From assembly GCF_006345805.1 (NCBI RefSeq), contig NC_043003.1:55490001-55554000 (forward strand): a stretch of DNA of 64,000 nt, given 5' to 3'. Below are positions 12,560-25,419 of the stretch, piece after piece. Source of the stretch: Octopus sinensis (lineage: Eukaryota). A program made the translations under genes and the position numbers. Each line of letters starts with the position of its first letter. Within the stretch, counting starts at the first letter, position 1. The notes beneath the pieces are model-generated. The model saw only the letters and a list, made by a program, of their open reading frames with translations, had not been told where the DNA came from and did not search any database.

Positions 12560-13750
12560 GGAAATTGATTAAATTGGCATTAACACTAACTTGATAATCA
12601 TTCTAACTCAAGGGAAGACGAACGACAAAAGTGATGTGGGTGTGATTTGAAGTATCTAAGTTAAGGTATGCAATTGAATAGTGTGAACATATTTTTTCTG
12701 ATGTTCTAGTTTTGCTACTGAAACAGCAACTTTGGACTTACTTTATTTTTCATTTTATTGTGAATCATGGAAGAAAATTGCATTTGGTCAATACAAAACT
12801 GGTAAAGCTGAGAGGGTTTGTTATACTCTAGGCTAAGAAGGATGTATTTAGGAAAGCTAACGCCCTCCAAGGTAAAAGGAAATGAAGGGATTTGATTGCC
12901 TGAGACAAAATAGGTGGACATAGAAAAAGAGATAAATCCTGCGTAGGTGTTGATGATCGTACGAAGCCAGAGTTAGAAAAAGCAGAAAAAGAATGGGTTT
13001 GTGAGCGACTTCACTCCATGTAACTGAGCAACCGTTTTCCACGAAGTGTAATTTTTCACCAGCATGTGTAATAATTACAACAATAATGTCCAAAATAGAG
13101 TGGAAGGCAATATTCCATTGTTATTAGAATGCAGAGACATGTAATCACAACGGTTAGAAATTTTGATGGTGCAGTGTATCTTTGTATATTGAAATCAGTA
13201 TTTGACGTATTTGGGAGAGATGAAATTGGCTTTAGCGGTATGGCTGTCCATTTGATGGATATTGCCTTATTAAGAATGTTTTATATAAATGCTCCGTATG
13301 TGCATTTGGGAATGTTAATGAATATAATGTGGCTATGTCAAACAATTTTAAATGAAGATACTAAAATCCAAATTGTAGTTTTAGGAATGGGAGTAAAGGC
13401 CATACTACATCTTTAGCAAACTTTCTATGGATACTTATTGTAAAAATATTTAGTATGACATTGCTGTACAAAGTTAGTGATGATAAATGCCGTTTGTTTA
13501 TTCTCGAAACCTATGAAATAGTGAGGTGTACATAAAATTTCATTAATCAATGACATGAGGTTATGATACAGTGACCGCATCGGTAATGTATGTCTTTCGT
13601 ACACAATAGTAAAATTAAGCTATTAGCTTTAACCTGAATACTATTAGCATTACAATTCAACTCCTGAATTTTTACCCACTGTAGTATATCTTCTATTTTG
13701 CTATATTTGTTTTTCTAATAATGCTTAGATTCTCTAGGCCCCTTTAACTT
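12560..13750 (-). pseudogene. Decayed ionotropic-receptor (IR/iGluR-like) gene remnant
   Basis: Frameshifted pieces in IR order: VVWPLLPF/TTIWILVSSFKIV (xxPF..VW, M1), IIVVIITHAGEKLHF (M3-like), GVSFPKYILLSLEYNK (GxAFPKGS..FN, S2), TSLLSFVF-LE (M4). Confidence 0.4.
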
Positions 13751-14061
13751 TACTACTTAGTTTCAATTAACACAACAGAAAATTATAGGTATAATATATC
13801 CGAACGTTCATCTTGGATTCATATCATGCATGCTGCGTTGCAAATAATCATATTTTCACTATCATACTGTTATATCCTGACTGCGTTGATTTTTATTGGC
13901 AGTTCAGCACTACCATATAGAGATAGTAATGATAAATATAATTAGTGTTTATCTTTAATCTATGAATTAATTAGCTGTAAACCATTTCTCATTAATTAGT
14001 GATACAATGTCTACATATGTTCTGCAAGTACTTGCTACATTACATTAATAGTTAAACTATA

Positions 14062-14226
14062 GGCGTTGGAGTGGCTGTGTGGTAAGTAGCTTGCCTACGA
14101 ACCACATGGTTCGGGGTGCAGTCCCACTGCATCGCACCTTCGGTAAGTGTCTTGTACTATAGCCTCGGGTCGACCAAAGCCTTGTGAGTGGATATGGTAG
14201 ACGGAAACTGAAAGAAGCGCGTCGTA

Positions 14227-14292
<66 letters not shown>

Positions 14293-14490
14293 TTCGTATA
14301 TATATGTATATATGTATGTATATATGCATGTATGTATGTATGTATGTATGTATGTATGTATGTATGTGTGTGTGTATATGTTTGTGTCTGTGTTTGTACC
14401 CCCAACATCGCTTGAGAACCGATGCTGATGCATTTATATCCCCGTAACTTAGCGGTTCGGCCAAAGAGACCGATAGAATAAGTACTAGGT
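14062..14490 (+). mobile_element. tRNA-derived SINE (family B) with internal microsatellite, 3'-truncated
   Basis: ggagtggctgtgtggtaagtagcttgc...gcagtcccactgc...agacggaaactgaaagaagc...gagaccgatagaataagtact; collinear with 30203-30612. Confidence 0.9.
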
Positions 14491-16194
14491 TTCCAGTATT
14501 AGCGTGAAACTTAGTGCACTAGTAACCCCACCCGCTGCATTAGTTGGAAAAATTTTGTATTTCAGTATCCTTTCTTTATTTCATTATATACGGTTTCTGC
14601 GTATACGATTTGGTTATATTAGATCCCTTGTCGCTTCCGTTTACATAACATGTAACTTTGTCCATGTTACACCCCAATTCTCAAGATAGATAGGATACGG
14701 TACATATCGACGTAAGCATGTGTCTCTTTCTCTCTGTGTGTGTTTCTGTTTGTGTGTGCGTGTGTGTCTGTTTGTGTTTGTCTCTTTGTGTGGGTGTGTG
14801 AAAATTGTTAGAATGTTTGTTTGTGTGTGTGTATATGTGTGTGGGTGTGGGTGTGGGTATGTGTGTGAATATATTTGAGTGTATGTATGGAGAAATAATG
14901 GATATAGACTACTTTTATTGGTTGTCTATTCATGATGAAGTATTGTTACTACTTTAAGGAATCTGTTATATAAACATTTTTGTGTAGGGAAACTCATGTC
15001 GGCATGTGTGTGTGTGTGTGTCTTTGTGTGGGCGTGTTTGTGTGTGTGTGTGTGTGTGTGTGTCTGTGAGTGTGTGCGTGTGTATGGCGAAGCTGGTCTA
15101 TTTGTAAGCATGGGTATGTGAATGTTCATGTATGAATGAGTCTCCGAAAATTCACATGATGTATATGTGTGTTTGCGTGCATGCGCAGGCTATAAATTGT
15201 CTTAGAATAAGATACCTCTCTATGCGTGAAATTCCGCATTGGTATGATCCTAAATATCAAAAGTATAATACATACTGTTATATTTAACATACCAGGCTCC
15301 CGGTCTTTTTCTGACAGCCCCACTTAATATCCTCCGTATTTCTTCTTCTAGTTATTCATATTATTTTCTATTTTTTACTATATATATTCATTTGAACTCC
15401 ATGAGATGATTTGAACTATCTTAGATTTTGAGTTTGCTGTATTTTCCATGAGTTTTAGCACGTTCTGAAGAAAGCCATCCTAAAATTTGTAAAGGGTAAA
15501 GTCTTCGGAATATATCTATTATCGGCTACTATGTAATGAGAAAACTTGCTAATTTCATAGTCCTTAACTTCCCATGATACGTTCTGATGTGTAGTCTGTT
15601 CATTATGTTACAGTACAGTTATACTTATAAATATTTATGTGTGCGGGTTTTCTTTGTACGTTTGTATGTGTATGTGTGTCTGTGTGTATTTATGTGTGTT
15701 TCAGTGTGTGTGTCTATGTCTGTATGTATGCAAGTTAATACACATATTTATGTACATGGGAGATATAATGAAGCGTCACATATTTTACCAGATATAGATT
15801 AAGAAACAACTGTCCCAAAAGAGAACAAACAGCGATTCTTTCACGTTTCTTATCTGGTTATTTTTTCATATACATTCTTCACAATTTCGCTTCTTGGATT
15901 TTCAAAACCATGATCAGGTTATCAGTTAGCATTAACTACAGTTTTTCTCCATAGCTGACCGGAAGTGAAAAGCATACAATGAGATTTGTGATGCTTCAAA
16001 TCGTCATTCTTTTCATTACACACGCACACACACATATATATATGTACAGTGAGAATTTTCCAAAAAAAAAACAAAAGACGAAGACTCGTGTGTAAACAAC
16101 AAACAGATGTATTAGTTTAACGCTCGGGAAATGATAGTTTATCACCAGATTCCTGTTCCCTCTAAGAGCCGTCTGAAGATTACAGTAACAACAC

Positions 16195-17130
16195 AACTCG
16201 GCTCCTTTGAATTTTATGCCATTTGGCCTTCGAAACGCTGCCAGCACATTTCAGCGGTTCATAGACGAAGTCATTCGTGGACTGGATTTCGTCTGTACAT
16301 ATCTCAATAATCTCTTGCCTGCCAGTTCTTCTGCTGAAGAACATGCTCAACATTTAAAGCTACTCTTCCAGCACCTTAACCAATTTAGTGTGGTGATTAA
16401 CCCTGCTAGATTTGTTTTTGGCGCATCTTCCTTTGTGTTGCTTGGCCACATCATTGAAAAAGAGGGCATTAGACCACTTCCAGAGAAAGTACAACCTATT
16501 GAGCATCACTTTCCTCCTACTTCCCTTCGCCAGTTGCGCCATTTCCTATGCTTGCTGACCTTTCATTGCCACTTCATTCCTCACTGGGCTAAACTCCAGT
16601 CTCCACTTACCGAGCCCTTAAAAATCGCCCTAAGGAGACTGATGCTATTGCGTTGACTTCGGTCCAGATGGAAGTTTTTGATTCTGTGAAACGTAAGCTT
16701 GCTAAATCATCTCTACTCGCACACCCTGTCTCCGATGCAAAGCTTTCGCTTGTAGTTGTTGTACCGGACACAGCAATTGGTGCCATATTCCAACAGTTTC
16801 ACCAACAACACCTGCAACATCTTGCATTTTTCTCTTAGCAGCTGAAACTTGCTAAGACGCGTTACAACACATTCGCTCGCGAATTATACGCTATCTACCA
16901 GTCCGTAAAATATTTCCAGCACATCCTCGAAGGAACTTTACCATCTATATCAATCATAATCCCATTACCTTTCCCTTGCGGTCCAAGCCTAAGAAGTATT
17001 CACCGAGTGAGACTAGACACTAGGACTTCGTATCGCACTTTACCGGTGATATCCAGCAAATATCCGGGGGTCAGAAGACTGCTGATGCATTGTCCCACCT
17101 GTCGGTAAATTCTTTTCATCTACTTCTGAG
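16195..17130 (+). mobile_element. Ty3/gypsy LTR-retrotransposon pol fragment (RT-RNase H), inactivated
   Basis: MPFGLRNAASTFQR, YLNN (from YxDD), LGHII...GIRPLPEKV, LRQLRHFL; RNase H AIGAIFQQ...LAFFS*QL, RELYAIY, ADALS; contains stops and frameshifts. Confidence 0.92.
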
Positions 17131-17301
17131 ATCGACTTAACAGTTTTGTCCTCGGACCAACCTCCTCTAGACTCACCTAACGCATCGTCTTCTGAATTTG
17201 CGACATGCACATTCATGTACTAACCTCTAATAACGGCTAACATGAAGATGTTGTTCTTTCATCTTATTGCTTGTATCAACATACAGTTGGACGTGGGGTC
17301 A

Positions 17302-17740
17302 TGTAGTGAGTCAAAGAAGCCATACTTCTTGTTTCAGGTTGGCAGAGATGTGCTTTGGCAACAAGCTAATCAGATCTGGTTGTGTACCTATAAAAACAGC
17401 AGACATCAGCCCAGTAGGAGTGTGCCGTTTGGCACACAATCATGAGAAGGCCTCAACGCCATTGAACAGACCTCCATGACCGTTAGGGAACAGATCTCCA
17501 CGACCGTCAACGGACTGTCAGCGAAGAGATCCATTCAGCCGTCAGTGAACAGATGTCCACAAATCTCAGCGGACAGATCTCCACAACCGACAGCAAACAA
17601 ATCTTGACATTTCACACCAGCCTTCGTACCACCATCAATTGTGTGTTTGTGATTCTTACATCCTTAGCACCGCAAACCTCTAAACTAATACTTGTGCAAT
17701 TGTAAGTTTCAAGGCTTCCCACTGACTCATACATTTAAAC
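17302..17740 (+). mobile_element. Possible 3' LTR of the gypsy element
   Basis: Starts TGTAG after a G-rich tract, tataaaa near 17388, 4-5 short internal repeats (acagatctccac). The 3' boundary was not found. Confidence 0.3.
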
Positions 17741-20123
17741 ACTAACTTTGCGTAGCACTTATCAACAATCCAACAAAATTTATTTTTGAATACAATTCAT
17801 TCTGTGTTATATTGTGACTATGTTACTTTCGAACCATCGTCACACTCGCACGCACACACATATACATACATATGAATGTACATACATACATGCATATATA
17901 CATACAGAAGAGTTTGCAGCTAAATTTCTTCTTTAAGTGTATTACGAAATGCCTAGTTGAAGGACCAATCTCCTGAGTTACTTTATAGAGCTTAAGAAAA
18001 CTGGAGAATCGCTGCTATAACTGTATGCATCTGAGAGGAGAAAATACTGGATAAAACTATAATTAACTGTTTTTCTTGTATTTTCTTTTACTCAAAGTTA
18101 GAAACTATTCTGTACCTCATCGTATATTCATACACACACACACACACATATATTCCACACTATATCTTTCCCAAAAGAGTTTTATAAGTAGGAAAACTCC
18201 AACCCAGTATACAATTGAAACTGTCAAGTTAAAATATTTCTTACTATTTCTGTTACATGTAATTGTTTAAACTTTTGAATAGTTCGGTATGTATTCCGAA
18301 ATTAGATATGCAAAAGTTATCCATCCAGCCTTCCTGCCATCCAGCCATACATACATACATACTTACATACGTATATATGTTTGTATATTCAGATGTACAC
18401 ACTATTCAGCTGTTATTGATTCTGGTCTTGCTTTTATACATTTCTCTATCAGGATCCCTGCTTTGTCTCTTCGGATTTCGTTGAACCACCTCGTATGTTT
18501 CCCTAAGGAAAGTCTTTCCTCTCTCAGGTATCTTCGATGTGTATCGTTATAGACGCTTCTGTAAATTTCATTTCCTTTTATTTATCTATTTTTTTATAGG
18601 CAGAGATATTAAACCTAGGTACACCCATTTCTACCTCCGGGCTGTCGTCGCCCATACTAGTCTCTCCTCCATCATTTGATTTGGTCAGTGCGAAGGCCCT
18701 ACAGTGGACTAGCACTCTTCTGGTCGTAACAAGGACTGGACATTGTAATGTCGTCTACTACAACCCCGGGCATACCAATTGCTTTCTCTGTAAAATTGAC
18801 TGACCGAAAACTGTATGGAAGCCCATTATACATATAAATATATATATGTGTGTGTGCGTGTGTGTGTGTAACTTTGTATTTGCCTATATCCCCACAACAT
18901 TCGACCAATGTTCATTTAGTCAATTACTTGTTATTTAGCGGCAAAAGTTGCAGATAAGATAAGATAAGTACCGAACTTGAAACTTAAGTAATGGTATCTT
19001 TTTATATATTTTTTCCGATAAAACCTATGAAGAATGTACCCCAACTACAGTCGCTGTTCAACGAGTGAAATACGTAAAATGTAAAACATAAGGACACAGA
19101 ATTTATTTAAAGTGACAAAATTAAAACCAGAAAATGCGTAAAGTATGGAAGATCAGGACTTTGAATGTTAGATAAAACAGTAACGAAATAGATGCTTAAA
19201 ATATATATTTTTGTTTCTTTTAGTTTTTATTCATTACAAATATTATTTATATATTTAGTCATTGGTACCATTTTCATGTTATTGTATTTAGTCGTTTAAT
19301 ACTGCACCACGTTTGACATGTAGACCTATTGTCGCGCTCTTTATGCTAACTTATTGTTTAATATTTATTGAGCACTTTGCGGTATTATGACACGGATTCA
19401 CTTGGCTGAACTTACATTGCATATGTGTGTGTGGGGCGTATATATATGTATATTTATGTGTGTCTATGTGGGGGTATATATATTTATGCGTGCCTGTGTG
19501 TGTAGGTATATATATATTTATGTGTGTATGGGGGTATATATATATATATATGTATGTCTGTGTGTTTGTTTGGTGCGTGTATGTGTTCGTATGCGTGTCT
19601 CAGTGTGTATGCGCCTGTTTCTACGGTGTGTTTATTTGTTCGCATGTGTGAATTTTTATATACATGCGTGTATGTGAATACAGATGTACACATTCGGACG
19701 CGTTTGAATGATTTATACCGGAGTTTCCCGTATATGTATAAGACTAAGTTGATGACTTGCGCGTGTGCCTGTTTGTGTGTGCTTAGTGCAGTGTGACTGG
19801 CTACGTTATTCTACGAATATGTCTCCTTTAATATTCCTGAACGGACGTGTATTATTCAAAACTCGAACCATGAAATAACAATGAGTAAATGAAGACTGAG
19901 ATGTCTGAGCATGTGAATATTTTGAAATGTGGTCCTATATATAAATGTGTGTGAGTGTGTGTGTGTGTACGTGAGTGTGAGTGTGTGTGTAAGAGTGTGA
20001 ATGAGTCCGTTCACATAAACAAAGAAGAATACACACAAACAAGCACGAGGCCCACGCTCTGCCCATATGTATGTGTATGAGTGTGTGCGTGTGTCTGTGC
20101 GTGTACGTGTCTGTCTGTATGTA

Positions 20124-20189
<66 letters not shown>

Positions 20190-20440
20190 GACAGTTTGAT
20201 AGATAGATAGATATGTGTGTGTGCGCGTGTATATATACATATGAATATATGTATGTATGTATATGTGTATATATGTATATATGTATGCATCTGAGTGTAT
20301 CTATGGGTGTCTGTATGTGAATGCATATGATGGTGCAACTGTATCTTCATTGGAATATATACATGTCCGTACGTCCAAATATATGTGAGTGGGTGTATAT
20401 ATATTTGTACATGTGTGTATATGTATGAGTAAATTCGTTT

Positions 20441-20505
<65 letters not shown>

Positions 20506-20548
20506 ATATATATTCGTGTGTATGTGTCAGTGTATGGATATGTATGTA

Positions 20549-20598
<50 letters not shown>

Positions 20599-21224
20599 GT
20601 GTGTGTACCCTTATGTATGTTTGATGTATTTTTCAGTATATGCATGGGTGCATTGTTAGTTGATGGAGTGAGTGAGTTTGTGAGTGAATGAGTGAGTGAG
20701 CGCGTCAGTTGCAAAGAGAGAATTATTATTGTCGATTGATGCAAAATTTAAGATTGTGAAAATTTGATAAACGAAGAAACCACATAACAATGAGTTTATT
20801 ACGTATGGATGGACGGTTGAGTGGCTAGAGACGAAAGGTCTGGTGGTGAGGGGGAAAGGTGCGTAGTGTGGAGGAGATAGCGACTCGATTGAATAGAGAC
20901 AAAGAATGGAGGCAGGCAGGGGATAGATGGTTTGGATACGCTGTGTTCTCAACCGTGTTAGCTTTCCATTGTATATCTCACACAGAACACTTCCCGCTTA
21001 CGTACACCTATATATATAATTGTGTATTTGATTGTGTGTGAGTGTGCGTGTGTGTATGTGAGTGTGTGTGCATGTGTAAGTAAGTGTGTTTGTTTGCGTT
21101 TGTCTTTGTGTGTGTGTGTATTATATCAGATGTAGACATATACTCGTATAATAATAGAAATAATAATAGTAAGAGAATTAGAGATAATGATAATAATGAT
21201 ATGCTGGTAATAACAATATGATAG

Positions 21225-21317
21225 TATGTTAATAACAATAATCATAATAATAATAATAATAATCATAATAATAGTAATAATAATAACAATAATAATAATA
21301 ATAATGATGATAATAAT

Positions 21318-21370
<53 letters not shown>
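21225..21370. repeat. (AAT)n microsatellite
   Basis: Direct reading. Confidence 0.95.
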
Positions 21371-21371
<1 letters not shown>

Positions 21372-22020
21372 CGAAGATGAGGGGTAGGAGTAGTAGTAGG
21401 AGTAGCAGAAGGAGGAGTAGGATAATGAGGGGTTGATGACTAAAAATAATAATATTCATAAGCATATATATATATACAAATCGACGTATATACACTTTTA
21501 TATGTATACATATATATGTATACATATCAATACATACAAACATGTGCATGCACGTGCGTATGTGTGTATTTGTGTATATGAATTTGTATATATATACACA
21601 CACACATACATACATATATATATATATATATACATACACTGACATACGAGTGAGAAAAGGGGAGATACTTAATTTTGTGTGTGTGTGCGTGTATGCATGT
21701 GTGTGTTTATGTGTGTGTATATAGTTTTGTCCCCATTATATGACGTATATATGGTATCGTATAATTATGGTTTGTGTGACTCAATAGTTCACATAGATAC
21801 GCACACTTATACACACGCACAATCACACTGTCACACATACACAATCGCTCAAACTCTGGCAAACACGTTGATATATAAATACAAAGTGTCCTCATGTGTG
21901 TGTTAATTTCTAATATTATGTTTTTGCCTCGTTACCTGCCAAGTTTCTGTATATGTAAGGAAAGGATTGTGTATATGCTTCTACTTCAAATCCCTTTTAC
22001 AAATCTATATTCACACACAC

Positions 22021-22058
<38 letters not shown>

Positions 22059-22360
22059 TTACATATGTCATTTATTGTCATTGAACTGTGACAATGCTGG
22101 AGCACCACTCTTAGCGCCGTCAGTCTCACGAAAAAATTGACCCAGCACTTACGTCTCTCTTCTTAAAATCTAGTACATATTCTATTCGCCTCTTAGGACA
22201 AACCGCTAGATTACGGGTATGTTACCAAACCAATTCCGGTTGTCGAGCGATAGTAAGCCCCACCCTACAGGGTATATATACTGTCACTTTTACAATGGCT
22301 TTTTTCCGTAATCGTCCGCCATCTTATCTCTCTCTCTTTCTTTCTCTCTCAGCCTGTATT

Positions 22361-22361
<1 letters not shown>

Positions 22362-22452
<91 letters not shown>

Positions 22453-22464
22453 ATATATATATAT

Positions 22465-22520
<56 letters not shown>

Positions 22521-22540
22521 TATATTAATATATATATATT
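22362..22540. repeat. (TATC)n plus (TA)n compound microsatellite
   Basis: Direct reading. Confidence 0.95.
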
Positions 22541-22604
22541 GATAAAATGGTAAGACAACAAAAGAATGAAATAGACTTCGATATTATGTTGATAGAGGAA
22601 TTTT

Positions 22605-22795
22605 TCTGTAGATGTAATATGTGACAACTATTCGGTAGCCATGATAAAACTCCGAGTTTCGGATGCCGCAGTGGAAATCCACGCCGCCATTTTCATAGCA
22701 TTTTTTCCGATGGCCAGATAACTGAAGAGATGGCGGCGTGGTGGGCGGAGTTTTATCATGGCTACCGGATAACTGTCACATATTACATTTACAGA
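22605..22795. repeat. Fold-back element with 50-bp arms carrying complementary halves of a hammerhead motif
   Basis: 22605-22654 pairs with 22746-22795 (4 mismatches); inner ccacgccgccat/atggcggcgtgg hairpin; CTGAAGA on the + arm, GAAAC-TCGGA-GTT on the - arm. Confidence 0.75.
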
Positions 22796-23329
22796 TATAT
22801 ATATATATGTGTGGGTGTAGTGTGTGGTGTGTGTGTGTGTGTGTATGTGTGTATGTGTGTGTGTGTGTGAATGATGTGTGTATCTGAGTGTGTGCTGTGT
22901 TTGTGTATATGTATGTGTCTGTGCTTCTGTGTGCGTAATTGTAAGTGTGCACATTTTTGTATATTTATGTAATAAGTATTTATATAGGCGGGCTTTCTGT
23001 TCCACTCACTTCCCGTGCATGATGTTTCCGAATAACGAAATAAACTTTTAATGTCAGCCATCCTGATTATATCAATAATGATTTCGGCGATGATTATTAT
23101 AACGATGAATATGACGACGACGGGGCATAAAATTTTGATCACAACGTTATTTATGTTCACGACATTGAATGATCATGATGATAATGGTTATAATTATCAT
23201 GACGATGTTAATGATAATAATATTTCCATGATGTTTATGATAAGGAGAACGTTGACGATTAACGATTATGAGACTCTGATGATGTTCTTGATAACATGAA
23301 AGCAAAACAATAAATATAATTTTAAATCT

Positions 23330-23684
<355 letters not shown>

Positions 23685-24213
23685 AGCACTAGAAACAGCA
23701 ACAGCATGATAAAGAACAAGGATACACCCATTCAGAAAATATGCAACAAAAAATTCTATTAAAATTAATCTATTGTTTATTTTTGTCTGTAATATCATAT
23801 ACAAAATAGAAAACGAAGAAATAATTGGTTAGACGTCATCTGTTGGTGCAATGTAACATTGATGTTGGATATGATTTTCAGTTATTACAGCGTTGCTATT
23901 TTATTATATTGTGCTGAATATGTTCTTGTGGTTGATGCTGTTTCCCTTTTTTTTCATTTGCTACTGTTGCATCTACTGCGACTGTTGTTGATGCTTTAGT
24001 AATTGCAGCTGTTGCTTAGCGCCGAGTGGTTCCTCGGCCAGAGCTTTGATCAAAGGTGCTTAATATACAAGCATATGCCTTTTTTTTAAGATTATTATTT
24101 TGCGCTTTGAATGGACTTTGGATGCCTAATTTAAGCCAGCTTAGTTACTATTCAGAGGCATCACCATTAGTGAGACAACAATATATTTGTAACACTGAAG
24201 CAGAAGATATATA

Positions 24214-24796
24214 CAGTGATGCCCCTATATGTGAGTTAATTGTTCCCCAGAGAGCGCTCGTAAAGCGAAAGCTCGTTAAGTAGAGCAATATTTTCCCGTA
24301 GCAGCAATGTTATAAATAGTAATTCGTCCTAGAAAAATATTTTGCCTATAAAATTTATAATACTAGTAAATAAATAACAATAAAACAGCAGTGGAATATA
24401 AAGAATATTTTATGTTAGTAATATACAACATCAAGATCATTTATAAGTAAAGATAATACTATTGTCGTTTTCTGCATCCCTTTCAATCACACTACACTCG
24501 CGCACTCCAACAATTGTGGATGTGATCGCTGATTCACGAACACTCGTAGACGGACTTGTAGATCTCTTTTTAAAAAACAACTCTAGAATTGTTTGTTTAA
24601 AAGAAGATTTTTTTCCTGCTCTATAAATTACTCGATAACGCGCAGAAGCATTTTTTATTGTAGTAGAAACTTTTGAACCTAATTCAAAATTTGGATCTCG
24701 TGCTTGAAGAATTTCATGTCCCCATACAAAAGTAAGCTGAAAAAACTCATAAAGCCGGAGTCTCGTGAAGCGGGCCCTCGTAAAGTGATGTACTAC

Positions 24797-24798
<2 letters not shown>
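24214..24798. mobile_element. Degenerate non-autonomous pogo/Tigger-like DNA transposon
   Basis: TA-CAGTG start, Tigger-like subterminal motifs (gctcgtaaagcgaaagctcgttaag; ctcgtgaagcgggccctcgtaaagtga), TA at 24799-800. TIR match is imperfect. Confidence 0.35.
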
Positions 24799-24827
<29 letters not shown>

Positions 24828-25419
24828 CAAAATGATATAACAGATCCAAGGCTGTGAGGAGTTTTCAGAACATTTATAAGGAAAAATATATAGATATAGT
24901 CTTACAGCTTGTTTCCGGGATATTATGGATATCCCTTCATTTATACACATATACTTATTCATATACTCATATGCTCACATGTACCGACACATATAAACAT
25001 ATAAATGCACATAAACATATCTAGTTTCCTTACGCATACACAGTCATACACACATATATGCATACATGCATATATTCATGTACATACAAACATGTGTGTG
25101 TGTGTTCACCAGGTATTAATATGTTGCTAAAATATGCGTTAATGGGGTTATTAATGTATGGAAAATATGTAAGTAGTAGTGAAACAGTTATAAATGTTAC
25201 CAAATGTTTATGTTCACATGTTAGTAAAAGGTTTCTAAAGATGTGTAAAGGTGGTTGCTTAACAGATTTAATGGGTGCAATGATAATTTTTAAAATTCAG
25301 GTGTAATAGATGTATATACTAATACTATTGATTGTATAGTTAAGTAAGAGTTAGTTGGTAGGTGAGTACTATTATTGGGATTAAAGTGTTAAGGTGATTA
25401 TACAAATTTTTCAGTGAGA

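Noticed and set aside
23276-23301. CTGATGA...GAAA in a GAT-rich stretch
   Set aside because: The register of stem II is wrong, there is no cleavage site, and the context is low complexity.
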